Source: Acidobacteriota bacterium
GTDB lineage: Bacteria; Acidobacteriota; UBA6911; RPQK01; JAJDTT01
Direction: 5' to 3'
DNA: 54,842 nucleotides
Assembly: GCA_047514575.1 (NCBI GenBank)
Contig: JAKZYH010000197.1
Location: 1 to 54,842 of the forward strand
This document shows, piece after piece, positions 9,889 to 18,523 of this stretch (position 1 is the stretch's first letter; each line of letters begins with the position of its first letter). The notes under the pieces are model-generated. The model searched no databases, had not been told where the DNA came from, and saw only the letters and a program-made list of their open reading frames with translations. The position numbers were made by a program, and so were the translations under genes.

Positions 9889-10054
9889 CTTTTCAGGGTA
9901 GTAGTATATTCCGTGGTTTGCCAGAGGTGGAGAGGGACAGAACCTTGGGAAGCAGAGTTGAGGGAGGTTGTGGTGGAAGGAAGGCGGCCCGGTGACGCTT
10001 CCTGCGCCGCCGGGCCCTGCTGAGAGATCCCATGCGGGATCACGGAATTGAGTT

Positions 10055-10504
10055 TTAGTGGACCTTGACTTCAATCAGCTTGGGTTTGGCTTCCTGCTTC
10101 ACCGGAAGGGTGATGCTTAACAAACCCTTTTCCAGGCCGGCTGAGATCTTCTCGCTGTCTACCTTCGTGGGTAGACGGAAGCTGCGGTAGAACTCTCCGT
10201 AGTGCCTGCGTACCTGATGGTAGGTGTGTCCCTCTTTCTCTTCGAACTTGCGCTCACCCTTGACCACCAGGTAGCCGTCCTTGACCGAGATCTCGATGTC
10301 TTTCTTATCGAAACCGGGAAGCTCGGCCTTGAAGACCAGCTCGTCGTCGGTCTGATAAATGTCGACTACGGGGGCCCAACGGCTTACCGGGGCTTCCCTG
10401 TCTGAATCTCCGAAGCCTCGAAGCAACGGCTCGTCGAAGAATCGGTCCATGGCTCTGTAGGCTCTCTCAACTCCGCCAAAGGGATGTACTCTTACGATAT
10501 TCAT
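10055..10504 (-). CDS. Hsp20/alpha-crystallin small heat-shock protein
   Basis: Alpha-crystallin domain (..VDIYQTDDELVFKAELPGFDKKDIEISVKDGYLVVKGER...FYRSFRLP..GLLSITLP). The ATG at 10504 has GGAGG 11 nt upstream. Confidence 0.9.
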   Translation of the reverse strand: MNIVRVHPFGGVERAYRAMDRFFDEPLLRGFGDSDREAPVSRWAPVVDIYQTDDELVFKAELPGFDKKDIEISVKDGYLVVKGERKFEEKEGHTYHQVRRHYGEFYRSFRLPTKVDSEKISAGLEKGLLSITLPVKQEAKPKLIEVKVH

Positions 10505-10572
10505 GGTTTTGGTTACCTCCTGACCTTCTGTTTTCAAATTTTGAACTCTGATTTCAGTGTGCGCACGGGGTT

Positions 10573-10601
10573 TAGATAAGACTGGTTTTTGGTGCTGTCA
10601 A
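10573..10601 (-). promoter_or_regulatory. candidate hsp20 promoter TTGACA-17-TATCTA
   Basis: -35 at comp. 10596-10601, 17-nt spacer, -10 at comp. 10573-10578. The 5'UTR carries the small palindrome TTCAAA-A-TTTGAA. Confidence 0.45.
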
Positions 10602-10705
10602 GTCAGGCCGGGGCACCAGGGGTGTGGAACCGGACATCTGCGTGTTCGCGCGCTCTGGGCTGTTCTCAAGCTTAAGGGCCAATCGACGTCAGCGATCGAA
10701 AGGAT

Positions 10706-10814
10706 GAGGATAGGAGAGATTGTGCGTCACTCCGTGGGGAAGAGTTGTCCGGCTCTCTCCTCGGAACTGAGGCTCATATCGCTAACGGTTCAAGTCGTTC
10801 GCGGCTCTGTCGGA
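10706..10814 (+). repeat. interspersed ~110-nt repeat, copy A (single 17-mer)
   Basis: GAGGATAGG..GTGCGTCACTCCGTGGGGAAGAGTTGTCCGGCTCTCTCCTCGGAAC..GCTAACGG.TCAAGTCGT.CGCGGCTCTGTCGGA aligns by eye at roughly 90% with 23513-23655. Confidence 0.8.
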
Positions 10815-10869
10815 TCGCCGATGGTTTGGGTGATGGTCGATCGCGTCGGTTGCTCTCGCTGGAGCCCCG

Positions 10870-12051
10870 GTGGTACCATCCCTCAGGGTGCGGCGCGTCT
10901 ATCTCGACAACAACGCAACGACAAGAGTGGACCCTCAGGTTCTTGAGTCCGTCCTGCCCCATTTCCTCGAAGATTTCGGCAATGCTTCTTCCATTCATGG
11001 GTACGGGCAGAAGGCTCGTGCTTCTCTAGAAGAAGCGCGTCGGCAAGTCGCCGGCTTGATCGGGGCCGAGCCTAAGGAAATCGTTCTTACCAGCGGTGGC
11101 ACCGAGTCTGACAACACGGCGATACGCGGCGTTTGTGGCTTTCACCGTTCCCGCGGCAACCATGTCGTTACCACTACCGTAGAGCACCCGGCGATTTTAC
11201 GAAGCTGTGAGCGACTGGAGAGCGAAGGCTTTCGCGTCACCTATGTCCCGGTCGATCGTGATGGCCTGGTTCAAATAGATCAGCTTCGGGAGGAGGTTGG
11301 GGACGAGACCATTCTGATCTCGGTGATGCACGCCAATAATGAAGTGGGAAGGATCCAGCCGCTCGAGGAGATCAGCACCATCGCTAGGGCAAGGAACGTC
11401 ATCTTTCACACCGACGCGGTTCAGTCAGTTGGCAAGATCCCTATTGAGGTCGATCGGCTGGGGATAGACCTGCTTTCGCTTTCGGGCCACAAACTCCACG
11501 CTCCCAAGGGAGTGGGTGCGCTCTATGTTCGGCAGGGTGTGGCCATGGACGCCCTTCTTCATGGCGGCTCCCATGAACGCAACCGACGTGGCGGTACCGA
11601 GAATGTTCCCGGGGCTGTTGGCCTGGGAAAGGCCTGCGAGTTGGCCAAGGAGGGTTTGGAGGACTTTGACCTGAGAGTGCGGAAGCTACGGGACAAGCTC
11701 GAGGACGGAATCATCGAAACCGTGCCGGATACCATCGTCAATGGATCGGTCCGCTGCCGTATGCCTCACGTTTCAAACATCAGTTTTCAGGGTATTGAAG
11801 GGGAAGCCCTGCTCATCTCTCTCGATCTACAGGGAGTTGCTGTTTCGACAGGGGCTGCCTGTGCATCCGGCTCATTGGAACCCTCACATGTGCTGCGGGC
11901 AATGAAGCTCAGCTCGGGTCGCGTCGACAGTGCGATTCGATTCAGCCTGAGTCGTATGACCTCAGATGAGGACATCGATTATGCCCTCAAGGTCGTCCCA
12001 GAGACGGTTGAGCGAATGAGGGAACTCTCGCCCCTTTACCGGGAAGGGTAG
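10870..12051 (+). CDS. cysteine desulfurase (NifS/IscS, class V aminotransferase)
   Basis: VYLDNNATT N-terminus, PLP-lysine motif SLSGHKLHAPKGVGALY, active-site loop STGAACASGSLEPSHVL. Start is GTG 10870 (GGAG upstream) or GTG 10888. Confidence 0.9.
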   Translation: MVPSLRVRRVYLDNNATTRVDPQVLESVLPHFLEDFGNASSIHGYGQKARASLEEARRQVAGLIGAEPKEIVLTSGGTESDNTAIRGVCGFHRSRGNHVVTTTVEHPAILRSCERLESEGFRVTYVPVDRDGLVQIDQLREEVGDETILISVMHANNEVGRIQPLEEISTIARARNVIFHTDAVQSVGKIPIEVDRLGIDLLSLSGHKLHAPKGVGALYVRQGVAMDALLHGGSHERNRRGGTENVPGAVGLGKACELAKEGLEDFDLRVRKLRDKLEDGIIETVPDTIVNGSVRCRMPHVSNISFQGIEGEALLISLDLQGVAVSTGAACASGSLEPSHVLRAMKLSSGRVDSAIRFSLSRMTSDEDIDYALKVVPETVERMRELSPLYREG

Positions 12052-12056
12052 TAGGG

Positions 12057-12407
12057 GTGTACAGCGAAAAGGCTCAGCGGCTCATTGTAGAGCTCCCTAA
12101 TCGAGGGAAACTCCAGGATGCCACCCACACCGCCCGGTCGGAGAATCCTGTTTGTGGAGACATTACCGATCTCTTTCTCAAAGTAGAGAATGATGTCGTG
12201 GTTGCGTGTCGCTTTCAAACCTATGGCTGTCCAGCCGCGATCGCTGCATCTGCCGCAGTGACTCTGCTTTGCGAGGGGAAGTCCTTGGAGACCTGCCGTC
12301 AGATCACATCGCGATCGATCCTGGATTTCCTGGACGGTCTTCCCAGACACAAGCTACACGGAGCTGACCTTGCCGCCGAAGCTCTGGACAAGGCGCTGAG
12401 AGTTTGA
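12057..12407 (+). CDS. IscU/NifU-N-terminal-like Fe-S scaffold (atypical third ligand)
   Basis: NPVCGD and YGCPAAIAASA motifs are present. The LPPxKxHC motif reads LPRHKLHG (Cys replaced by Gly). Confidence 0.8.
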   Translation: MYSEKAQRLIVELPNRGKLQDATHTARSENPVCGDITDLFLKVENDVVVACRFQTYGCPAAIAASAAVTLLCEGKSLETCRQITSRSILDFLDGLPRHKLHGADLAAEALDKALRV

Positions 12408-12458
12408 TGGGAAGAGAGGGTTACAGGTTTCAGGTTGCAAGCTGCAGATTCCGGGAAG

Positions 12459-13262
12459 TCAGATCATCTCGATTTCGACCTTCACTCCTTCTCCCAGATT
12501 CAGGAGACGTGCCGCTGACTTTCCCTGGGCAGCTATCTCGTAGTATCCGCTACTTCCCAGTAGGAAGAAGACCTCGTCTCGCTCTGCTTCGGCGTAGTAG
12601 CGGTAGTGGGCCGTAATCTCCCGGCCTCCGACAGCGAAACTGTGAGGTCGTGTCTCACCGGGAAGCAAACTCTGAACCTCCTCGGGCGAGATGTTGGTGA
12701 TGGCATTGCCGAAGCGGTCGATCTGCAGGATCGCTCCCTCCAATCTGGTTTCCCCAACTTTGCGAGGTGACGGGAGGTCGATTCTCTGATAGTCCTGCAC
12801 CTCGGGTCCGAATTCGCGGACGTCAGTTCCGCACGCCAGCCAGGCCGCTACCGGACCGAAAACGTCTCGACCATGAAACGTCGGTGACACCGGCTTTCGG
12901 AAATAGGTCTCAGACTCGATCGAAACTACCTTCCCAACCTTTTCTCGCCGGTAGATCATCGAGAATATGCCGTTATCGGGTCCGACCAGATGGTAGCGGT
13001 CGGTACAGACGATGATGCCCCGTCGCGCTGAACCCACCCCTGGATCTACCACCGCAAGATGTATCGTGTTGGCCGGATAGTAGGAATAGGCTCCAAGCAA
13101 TGTGAAAGCGCCCTCGAGGATTCCGTGAGGGGTGAGCTCGTGGCTGAGATCCACTATTCGAGCCCGGGGGCAGATGGTCAGGATCGCGCCCTGAACGGCA
13201 CCTACGTAGTGCTCGCGGCGACCAAAATCGCTGGTGAAGGTGATGATCGGATCTGTGCTCAT
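12459..13262 (-). CDS. SAM hydrolase / SAM-dependent halogenase family protein (DUF62)
   Basis: N-terminal ITFTSDFGRREHYVGAVQGAIL and AVVDPGVGS motifs are typical of the family. Confidence 0.8.
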   Translation of the reverse strand: MSTDPIITFTSDFGRREHYVGAVQGAILTICPRARIVDLSHELTPHGILEGAFTLLGAYSYYPANTIHLAVVDPGVGSARRGIIVCTDRYHLVGPDNGIFSMIYRREKVGKVVSIESETYFRKPVSPTFHGRDVFGPVAAWLACGTDVREFGPEVQDYQRIDLPSPRKVGETRLEGAILQIDRFGNAITNISPEEVQSLLPGETRPHSFAVGGREITAHYRYYAEAERDEVFFLLGSSGYYEIAAQGKSAARLLNLGEGVKVEIEMI

Positions 13263-13286
13263 TCTTCGTTCAGGACGCAGGGAACG

Positions 13287-14465
13287 TTAGGACGGCCGTC
13301 CGGGGTCAGCAGGATTTGCCGTCACAGAGACGCTCTTTCGCTGCATGAGTCTGCCCAGACCTTTCTTTAGGCGTGAGAGGCCATCCTCGACGCTGGAGAG
13401 CTCACCCGCAAACGAGACTCGCAGATAGCCTTCTCCTTCGGAACCGAAAGCGGAACCCGGAATTGTTGCCACCCCGTCCTTGAGAAGCTCAAGACTCACA
13501 TCGAGGCTTTCGAGGTCGATTGAGTTCACCGAAAGCATTAAATAGAAAGTGCCTTCGGGCCGGACGTAGGGCTGCTCGAGATGTTGGTCTAGCCACTCGG
13601 TTACGAATCTGCAGTTGGCTGAGTGTCGGCTCCTTTGGAGCTCTACTTCCCGTCTTCCTTCTGGAGTAAACAATTTCAGGGCGGCTCTCTGGGAAAGCGA
13701 AGAGGCGCAAATCGAGTTGCACTGGTGCATCACCGTTACCCGGTCCACCAATTCAGCTGGACCAAGGACCCAACCCACACGCCAACCGGTCATGCTGGCC
13801 ATCTTGGACACGCCAGAAAGCACAACGGCGTCTTCGCTAGTCTCGGCGATTGAAGGTGGCGGCTTCTGGGTGTAGTGGATCTCGCGGTAGATCTCATCAC
13901 TGACCAGGACAAGGTCCCTCTCCCGTGCGATCCGATTGACCTTTTCAAGTTGTTCCAGTGTCAGGCAACGGCCGGTCGGATTCGATGGCGTGCTCAAAAT
14001 AATGACTCGGGTACGCGGGCTGATGCGCTCCTCCAGCGCCGAGGGCGAGAGAGCGAAATCGTCGCTGCCCTTCAAGGGGTAGAAAATTGGGACGGCGCCA
14101 GCCAGGCGAGTGACGGTGGGGTAGGAGACGTAGCCCGGATTGGGAACCAGGACCTCGTCTCCGGGTCCGACCAGGGTGAAAAGGACGTCGAAAAGCGCTT
14201 CCTGGCTTCCACTGGTAACGCAGACCTTGTGCGTTTCTCTCGCCCCATGATAGCGATGAATCTGGCGACACAGTTCGGGAAGTCCCGCGTTGGGTGTGTA
14301 GCCGATCTTGCCTTCTTCGAGGACCTGATGAGCCTCGTCGAGGACTACGTCAGGAAAGGGAAAGCCGGGCTCTCCCAACCCCAGATTCACGCACCCCTGG
14401 GCCTGGGACATGATCTGACGGATCATCGAGATTTCGATGCCGTCCATCCGTGGGGAGAATTTCAA
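13287..14465 (-). CDS. class I/II PLP aminotransferase, likely succinyl-DAP aminotransferase role (DapC-like) by context
   Basis: LGLGEPGFP, NPGY, STPSNPTG and SGVSKMASMTGWRVGW (PLP-Lys) motifs. A 4-nt overlap with the dapD stop places it in the DAP operon. Confidence 0.75.
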   Translation of the reverse strand: MKFSPRMDGIEISMIRQIMSQAQGCVNLGLGEPGFPFPDVVLDEAHQVLEEGKIGYTPNAGLPELCRQIHRYHGARETHKVCVTSGSQEALFDVLFTLVGPGDEVLVPNPGYVSYPTVTRLAGAVPIFYPLKGSDDFALSPSALEERISPRTRVIILSTPSNPTGRCLTLEQLEKVNRIARERDLVLVSDEIYREIHYTQKPPPSIAETSEDAVVLSGVSKMASMTGWRVGWVLGPAELVDRVTVMHQCNSICASSLSQRAALKLFTPEGRREVELQRSRHSANCRFVTEWLDQHLEQPYVRPEGTFYLMLSVNSIDLESLDVSLELLKDGVATIPGSAFGSEGEGYLRVSFAGELSSVEDGLSRLKKGLGRLMQRKSVSVTANPADPGRPS

Positions 14466-15280
14466 CGGAGAAGATCTTCCAGCTGGATCGACTGCTCTGT
14501 CTTGGAGTCGCGATATTTGACGATGATAGGAGTGTAGACTGAGAGGTCGAGCTTCTTGCCGTAGCCGGCTTGGATGGGGCGGCTACCCGACACCACTACC
14601 GCTGCCTCGGGGATCTCCAAGGGAGCTTCGGCACTTCCCCGATAAACGGTTTCTTGAATCAGATCATAAACTGGTGTCGACCGCGTCAGAACGACGCCTG
14701 CAGCCAGTACTGCACCGGAACGGACGATGGTCCCCTCGTACACGCCGCAGTTTCCTCCCACCAGAACATCGTCCTCGATGATCACTGGTAGCGCACCAAC
14801 CGGCTCTAGCACACCCCCTATCTGGGAGGCAGCGCTCAGATGAACACGTTTTCCGATCTGAGCACACGATCCCACCAGAGCGTGCGAATCGACCATGGTG
14901 CCTTCATCGACATAGGCCCCCGTATTGATGTACATAGGCGGCATACAAGTGACCCCACTTCCTACATACGATCCCCTCCGTATAGAGGAACCACCGGGGA
15001 CGACGCGAACCCCCGAGTCTAGATTCAGGTGTTTGAGGGGAAAGGTGTCCTTGTCGAAGTAGCGGAATGACCGATCGATAGACAGGTCGCTGAGGACTCC
15101 CATTCGGAAGCCTGCGAGGATGCCTTTCTTTACCCAGCTGTTGACCCGCCATTGACCCTCGACCTTGACGGCGGCCCGAACCCTACCCGAGTCTAGATCG
15201 TCCAGAAAGGACTCCAGAACCCGGCGATCTTCGGCAGCGAACTCGGCCTTCTCGAAGAGGGCTTCTATTGCCTCAGACAT
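14462..15280 (-). CDS. dapD: 2,3,4,5-tetrahydropyridine-2,6-dicarboxylate N-succinyltransferase
   Basis: 272 aa. DapD-type N-terminal domain plus left-handed beta-helix hexapeptide repeats (..GAYVDEGTMVDSHALVGSCAQIGKRVHLSAASQIGG..). Confidence 0.85.
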   Translation of the reverse strand: MSEAIEALFEKAEFAAEDRRVLESFLDDLDSGRVRAAVKVEGQWRVNSWVKKGILAGFRMGVLSDLSIDRSFRYFDKDTFPLKHLNLDSGVRVVPGGSSIRRGSYVGSGVTCMPPMYINTGAYVDEGTMVDSHALVGSCAQIGKRVHLSAASQIGGVLEPVGALPVIIEDDVLVGGNCGVYEGTIVRSGAVLAAGVVLTRSTPVYDLIQETVYRGSAEAPLEIPEAAVVVSGSRPIQAGYGKKLDLSVYTPIIVKYRDSKTEQSIQLEDLLR

Positions 15281-16166
15281 GAGTCCCGACCAGGTCCAGT
15301 CTCTCCAGTTCCCGATTCATTTTTTCTTTGTTACCTTGCGCCATGGGACACAGGGGTAGCCGGTAGATCTCCTCCATCCTGCCCATCTGGGAAAGGGCAT
15401 ACTTGACCGGTATCGGATTCGATTCGATGAAGTTCAGGTTCATCAAGTTGAGGTAGCGGAAGTGCAACCTGCGAGCTTCCTCGAGCCCGCCCTGGGACAC
15501 GAGAGACATCATTCGAGACATCTCTGCTGGGATCAGATTGCTGGCGACTGAGATCACCCCTTCGCCTCCCATGCTGGCCACCGAAAAAGCGACACTGTCG
15601 TCCCCGGAAAGGACCAGAAAACCAGATGGCCGACCTGCCAGGACCTCCATGATCTGGTCGATGCTTCCACTCGCCTCCTTCACGCCCAGGATGCCGTCTT
15701 CGCCTGCCAATCGATGCTGGGTTTCAGTGGCGATGTTGGTCCCGGTCCGGCCGGGAACGTTGTAGAACACCACGGGGATCGTAAGCGCCTGAGCGATGGC
15801 TCGAAAGTGCTGGAAGATACCCTCCTGAGTTGGCTTGTTGTAATACGGGGTCACGGAGAGAATCGCGTCCGCTCCCGCCTCCTGGGCGGCTCGAGCCAGA
15901 TGAATGGCGTGTTCGGTATTGTTGGTTCCCGCCCCCGCCACGACGGGAACTGCCTTGGAGGCGGTCTCGATGCAGGTACGGATCACCTGCAGATATTCAT
16001 CTTCGGCAAGAGTGACGCTCTCCCCGGTTGTGCCGCAAGGAACCAGGAAATCGATCCCCGATTCGATCTGCCACTCCACCAGCCTCCTGTACGCATCGAA
16101 ATCGACCCTGTTCTCCCTTGTAAACGGAGTCACCAACGCCGTTCCACAGCCCTTGATCTCAGTCAT
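15273..16166 (-). CDS. dapA: 4-hydroxy-tetrahydrodipicolinate synthase
   Basis: GCGTALVTPF, VPCGTTGES and LGVKEASG (Schiff-base Lys) motifs. The internal ATG 16166 is chosen (GGAG upstream; the longer ORF overlaps dapB). Confidence 0.9.
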   Translation of the reverse strand: MTEIKGCGTALVTPFTRENRVDFDAYRRLVEWQIESGIDFLVPCGTTGESVTLAEDEYLQVIRTCIETASKAVPVVAGAGTNNTEHAIHLARAAQEAGADAILSVTPYYNKPTQEGIFQHFRAIAQALTIPVVFYNVPGRTGTNIATETQHRLAGEDGILGVKEASGSIDQIMEVLAGRPSGFLVLSGDDSVAFSVASMGGEGVISVASNLIPAEMSRMMSLVSQGGLEEARRLHFRYLNLMNLNFIESNPIPVKYALSQMGRMEEIYRLPLCPMAQGNKEKMNRELERLDLVGTHV

Positions 16167-16857
16167 GGTCGTCTCCAAAGATAACGTCATCGAATTGATG
16201 GAAGCCCTTCTTCCCTTGGATCCACTGTCCCGCCAGGACAGCGCCGCGAGCGAAGCCGTCACGACTTCGAGCCTGGTGCTCGAGGGTTATCGTGTCCACG
16301 GGAGAATCGAATCCCACCGTGTGCACTCCCGGGTTGTAGCCGGCCCGTATGCTCGTTACAGGCAGGCGGTTCCCATACGATTCCTCCAGAATATTCTGCA
16401 TCGTAACCGCGGTACCGGAGGGGGCATCGACCTTCTGGACGTGATGACTCTCCACCAGAAACGGGTCGAAATCCTGGAACCGAGAAAAGATCTGCCCTGC
16501 CTCCTTGGTCAGCCGAAAAAAGATCTGCACGCCCAAACTGAAGTTGCCAGAATAGATACAGGCTCCCTGACCTTCCTCCACCAGCGTACGAACTCGGGGA
16601 ATCTCGTCGTACCATCCGGTGGTACCGATCACTATGGCTAGGCCCGACCGAACGGCGTTTTGTACATTTGTCAGCACCGCTTCGGCGACCGAGAAGTCGA
16701 TCAGAACGTCTGTCTGCTCCATCCAGGAGCCAGAGAACCCGTCAGTCATGGGGTTTTCACCGATGTCCATGGCCTGGATGATCTGGTGGCCCTGTTCCAA
16801 CGCAATGCGCTCTACAGTTCTGCCCATCTTGCCGTATCCAAGGAGTGAGATTCTCAT
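16159..16857 (-). CDS. dapB: 4-hydroxy-tetrahydrodipicolinate reductase
   Basis: N-terminal LLGYGKMGR Rossmann motif and the signature ESHHVQKVDAPSGTA. Confidence 0.9.
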   Translation of the reverse strand: MRISLLGYGKMGRTVERIALEQGHQIIQAMDIGENPMTDGFSGSWMEQTDVLIDFSVAEAVLTNVQNAVRSGLAIVIGTTGWYDEIPRVRTLVEEGQGACIYSGNFSLGVQIFFRLTKEAGQIFSRFQDFDPFLVESHHVQKVDAPSGTAVTMQNILEESYGNRLPVTSIRAGYNPGVHTVGFDSPVDTITLEHQARSRDGFARGAVLAGQWIQGKKGFHQFDDVIFGDDHD

Positions 16858-16882
16858 GACTGCACCGGATCGAGTTCGAGTA

Positions 16883-18277
16883 TCAAGGGTCTAGCTGACC
16901 GACAGGTTCGAACAGCAGCGGATCAGGTTCCACGAAAAACTCGTGGTGAAGGCGGCGGACAGCTTCCTCCATTTTGTCTTCCTGAACCAGGAAAGTCACG
17001 CTAATTTGAGATGCTCCCTGGGAGATCATCTCTATGTTGATGTCCTCCAGCGAACGGAAGATTCTCCAAGCGATCCCCGGGGTATACCTTAGATTGTCTC
17101 CCACGGCGCAGATGATTCCTTTGTTAGGCTGCACCTCGACGTCTCCGAATTCCTGTAGATCCTCAATGATAACGTCCAACTTCTCGGTGGTGTCGACCGT
17201 GAGCGAGACGCTGACCTCTGTTGTGGCCACTGCGTCTACGACCTTTTCGTGTTTGTCGAAGACCTCGAAGATCCGTCTCAGGAAGCCATGGGCGAGCAGC
17301 ATCCGGTACGACTCTATATTGACGATCGTGATGCCCTTCTTGCACGCGATCGATTTCACGACAGTCTCGGAGGGGATCGAAGCCGTCGATATGAGGGTCC
17401 CTGGCTGATGGATCTGACGAGAGCTGCAGACATGGATCGGGATGTTCCGGGCGATAGCTGGCAACAAAGTACTGGGGTGAAGTACCTTGGCTCCGAAATA
17501 AGCCAGCTCAGCTGCTTCGGCGAAGGAAATGGTCTTTATTTTGAATGCCCCCGCGACCACCCGGGGATCGGCAGTCAACACTCCCGGGACGTCCGTCCAG
17601 ATCTGGATGTCCTTCGCTGCCAGCGCAGCCCCCAGGAGAGATGCCGTATAGTCGGACCCACCACGCCCGATCGTAGTGGTGACGCCGTCGAGAGTGGATC
17701 CAATGAATCCCTGGGCGACGGCCGTCTTGCCTGCTGCCAGCACCGGCTCCACCTGGCTGCGTATGGACTGTTCTGTGAGCTCCTGAAGGACCCTTGCCTG
17801 AGTGAACTGATCATCGGTTCGCACCAAGTCTCTGGAGTCCAGGAGCGCGTCCTGGATTCCAGACTCACCCAGCGCAGCGGCGAAGACCAGGGTACTCACG
17901 CGCTCTCCTAGCGAAGCAATCGAGTCCAGGATTCGCGGCGGACACTCGCCCATCTCAGCCGTCGCCTTGACCAGATCTGACAGCTCTTTGAAAAGAATCT
18001 CGAGTCTCACCCTGACCTGATCCAGGCGGCGTCCCGAAATCAGGTCTCCAGAGACACCCAGGTGATAGTCGTGGAGCTCCTGTCCGGCCCGCTCTGCCCG
18101 CTCGAGTGCTTGCGAGGAAGCCAGTCCTGCAATCTCCAGAAGCTGGTTTGTCGACTGGCCCATCGCCGAAAGGACGACCACAGTGGGCTCGCGGCTCTGA
18201 AGCGAGACGGCTTCAATACAGCGCTGGATGGTGACGGCGTCCTGCAGGGACGTGCCACCGAACTTCATTACAATCAT
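16883..18277 (-). CDS. lysC: aspartate kinase
   Basis: MKFGGTSL N-terminus, amino-acid-kinase domain and C-terminal ACT-like repeats. Confidence 0.9.
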   Translation of the reverse strand: MIVMKFGGTSLQDAVTIQRCIEAVSLQSREPTVVVLSAMGQSTNQLLEIAGLASSQALERAERAGQELHDYHLGVSGDLISGRRLDQVRVRLEILFKELSDLVKATAEMGECPPRILDSIASLGERVSTLVFAAALGESGIQDALLDSRDLVRTDDQFTQARVLQELTEQSIRSQVEPVLAAGKTAVAQGFIGSTLDGVTTTIGRGGSDYTASLLGAALAAKDIQIWTDVPGVLTADPRVVAGAFKIKTISFAEAAELAYFGAKVLHPSTLLPAIARNIPIHVCSSRQIHQPGTLISTASIPSETVVKSIACKKGITIVNIESYRMLLAHGFLRRIFEVFDKHEKVVDAVATTEVSVSLTVDTTEKLDVIIEDLQEFGDVEVQPNKGIICAVGDNLRYTPGIAWRIFRSLEDINIEMISQGASQISVTFLVQEDKMEEAVRRLHHEFFVEPDPLLFEPVGQLDP

Positions 18278-18381
18278 GATGACCCGAAGCAGTTCCGGAT
18301 TGGATATCAGGCTTCTGGGGATTAGGCCCCAGAGGGCCTAGCCCTAGCGAGCTGCCTCATACCGCAGACGTCAGAGAGGTC

Positions 18382-18469
18382 AACCCCAACGGGGTTGCGG
18401 CGCACAGCCCAGGGTTTCCGAACCCTGGGTAAAGGGCCATCCCTTTTGATCCCAACCCTGTAGGGGTTG
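18382..18469. repeat. REP-like triple-hairpin element between asd and lysC
   Basis: Hairpins AACCCC-AAC-GGGGTT (18382-18396), CCCAGGGTT-TCCG-AACCCTGGG (18408-18429) and CAACCC-TGTAG-GGGTTG (18453-18469). The same architecture occurs at 23345-23389. Confidence 0.8.
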
Positions 18470-18523
18470 TGGCTCAGCCACCATGGCTCGTCCTCAACCC
18501 ACAATCTCTTGGTCGATAGCGTA

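Noticed and set aside
9889-10074. N-terminal extensions of eda (to 10074), dapA (to 16262), asd (to 19663), typA (to 37050), the Rieske gene (to 44948) and the cassette-2 choice-of-anchor-D gene (to 46441)
   Set aside because: The extensions overlap upstream genes or lack homology. Internal starts have RBS-like sequences or give family-typical N-termini and ATGA coupling.
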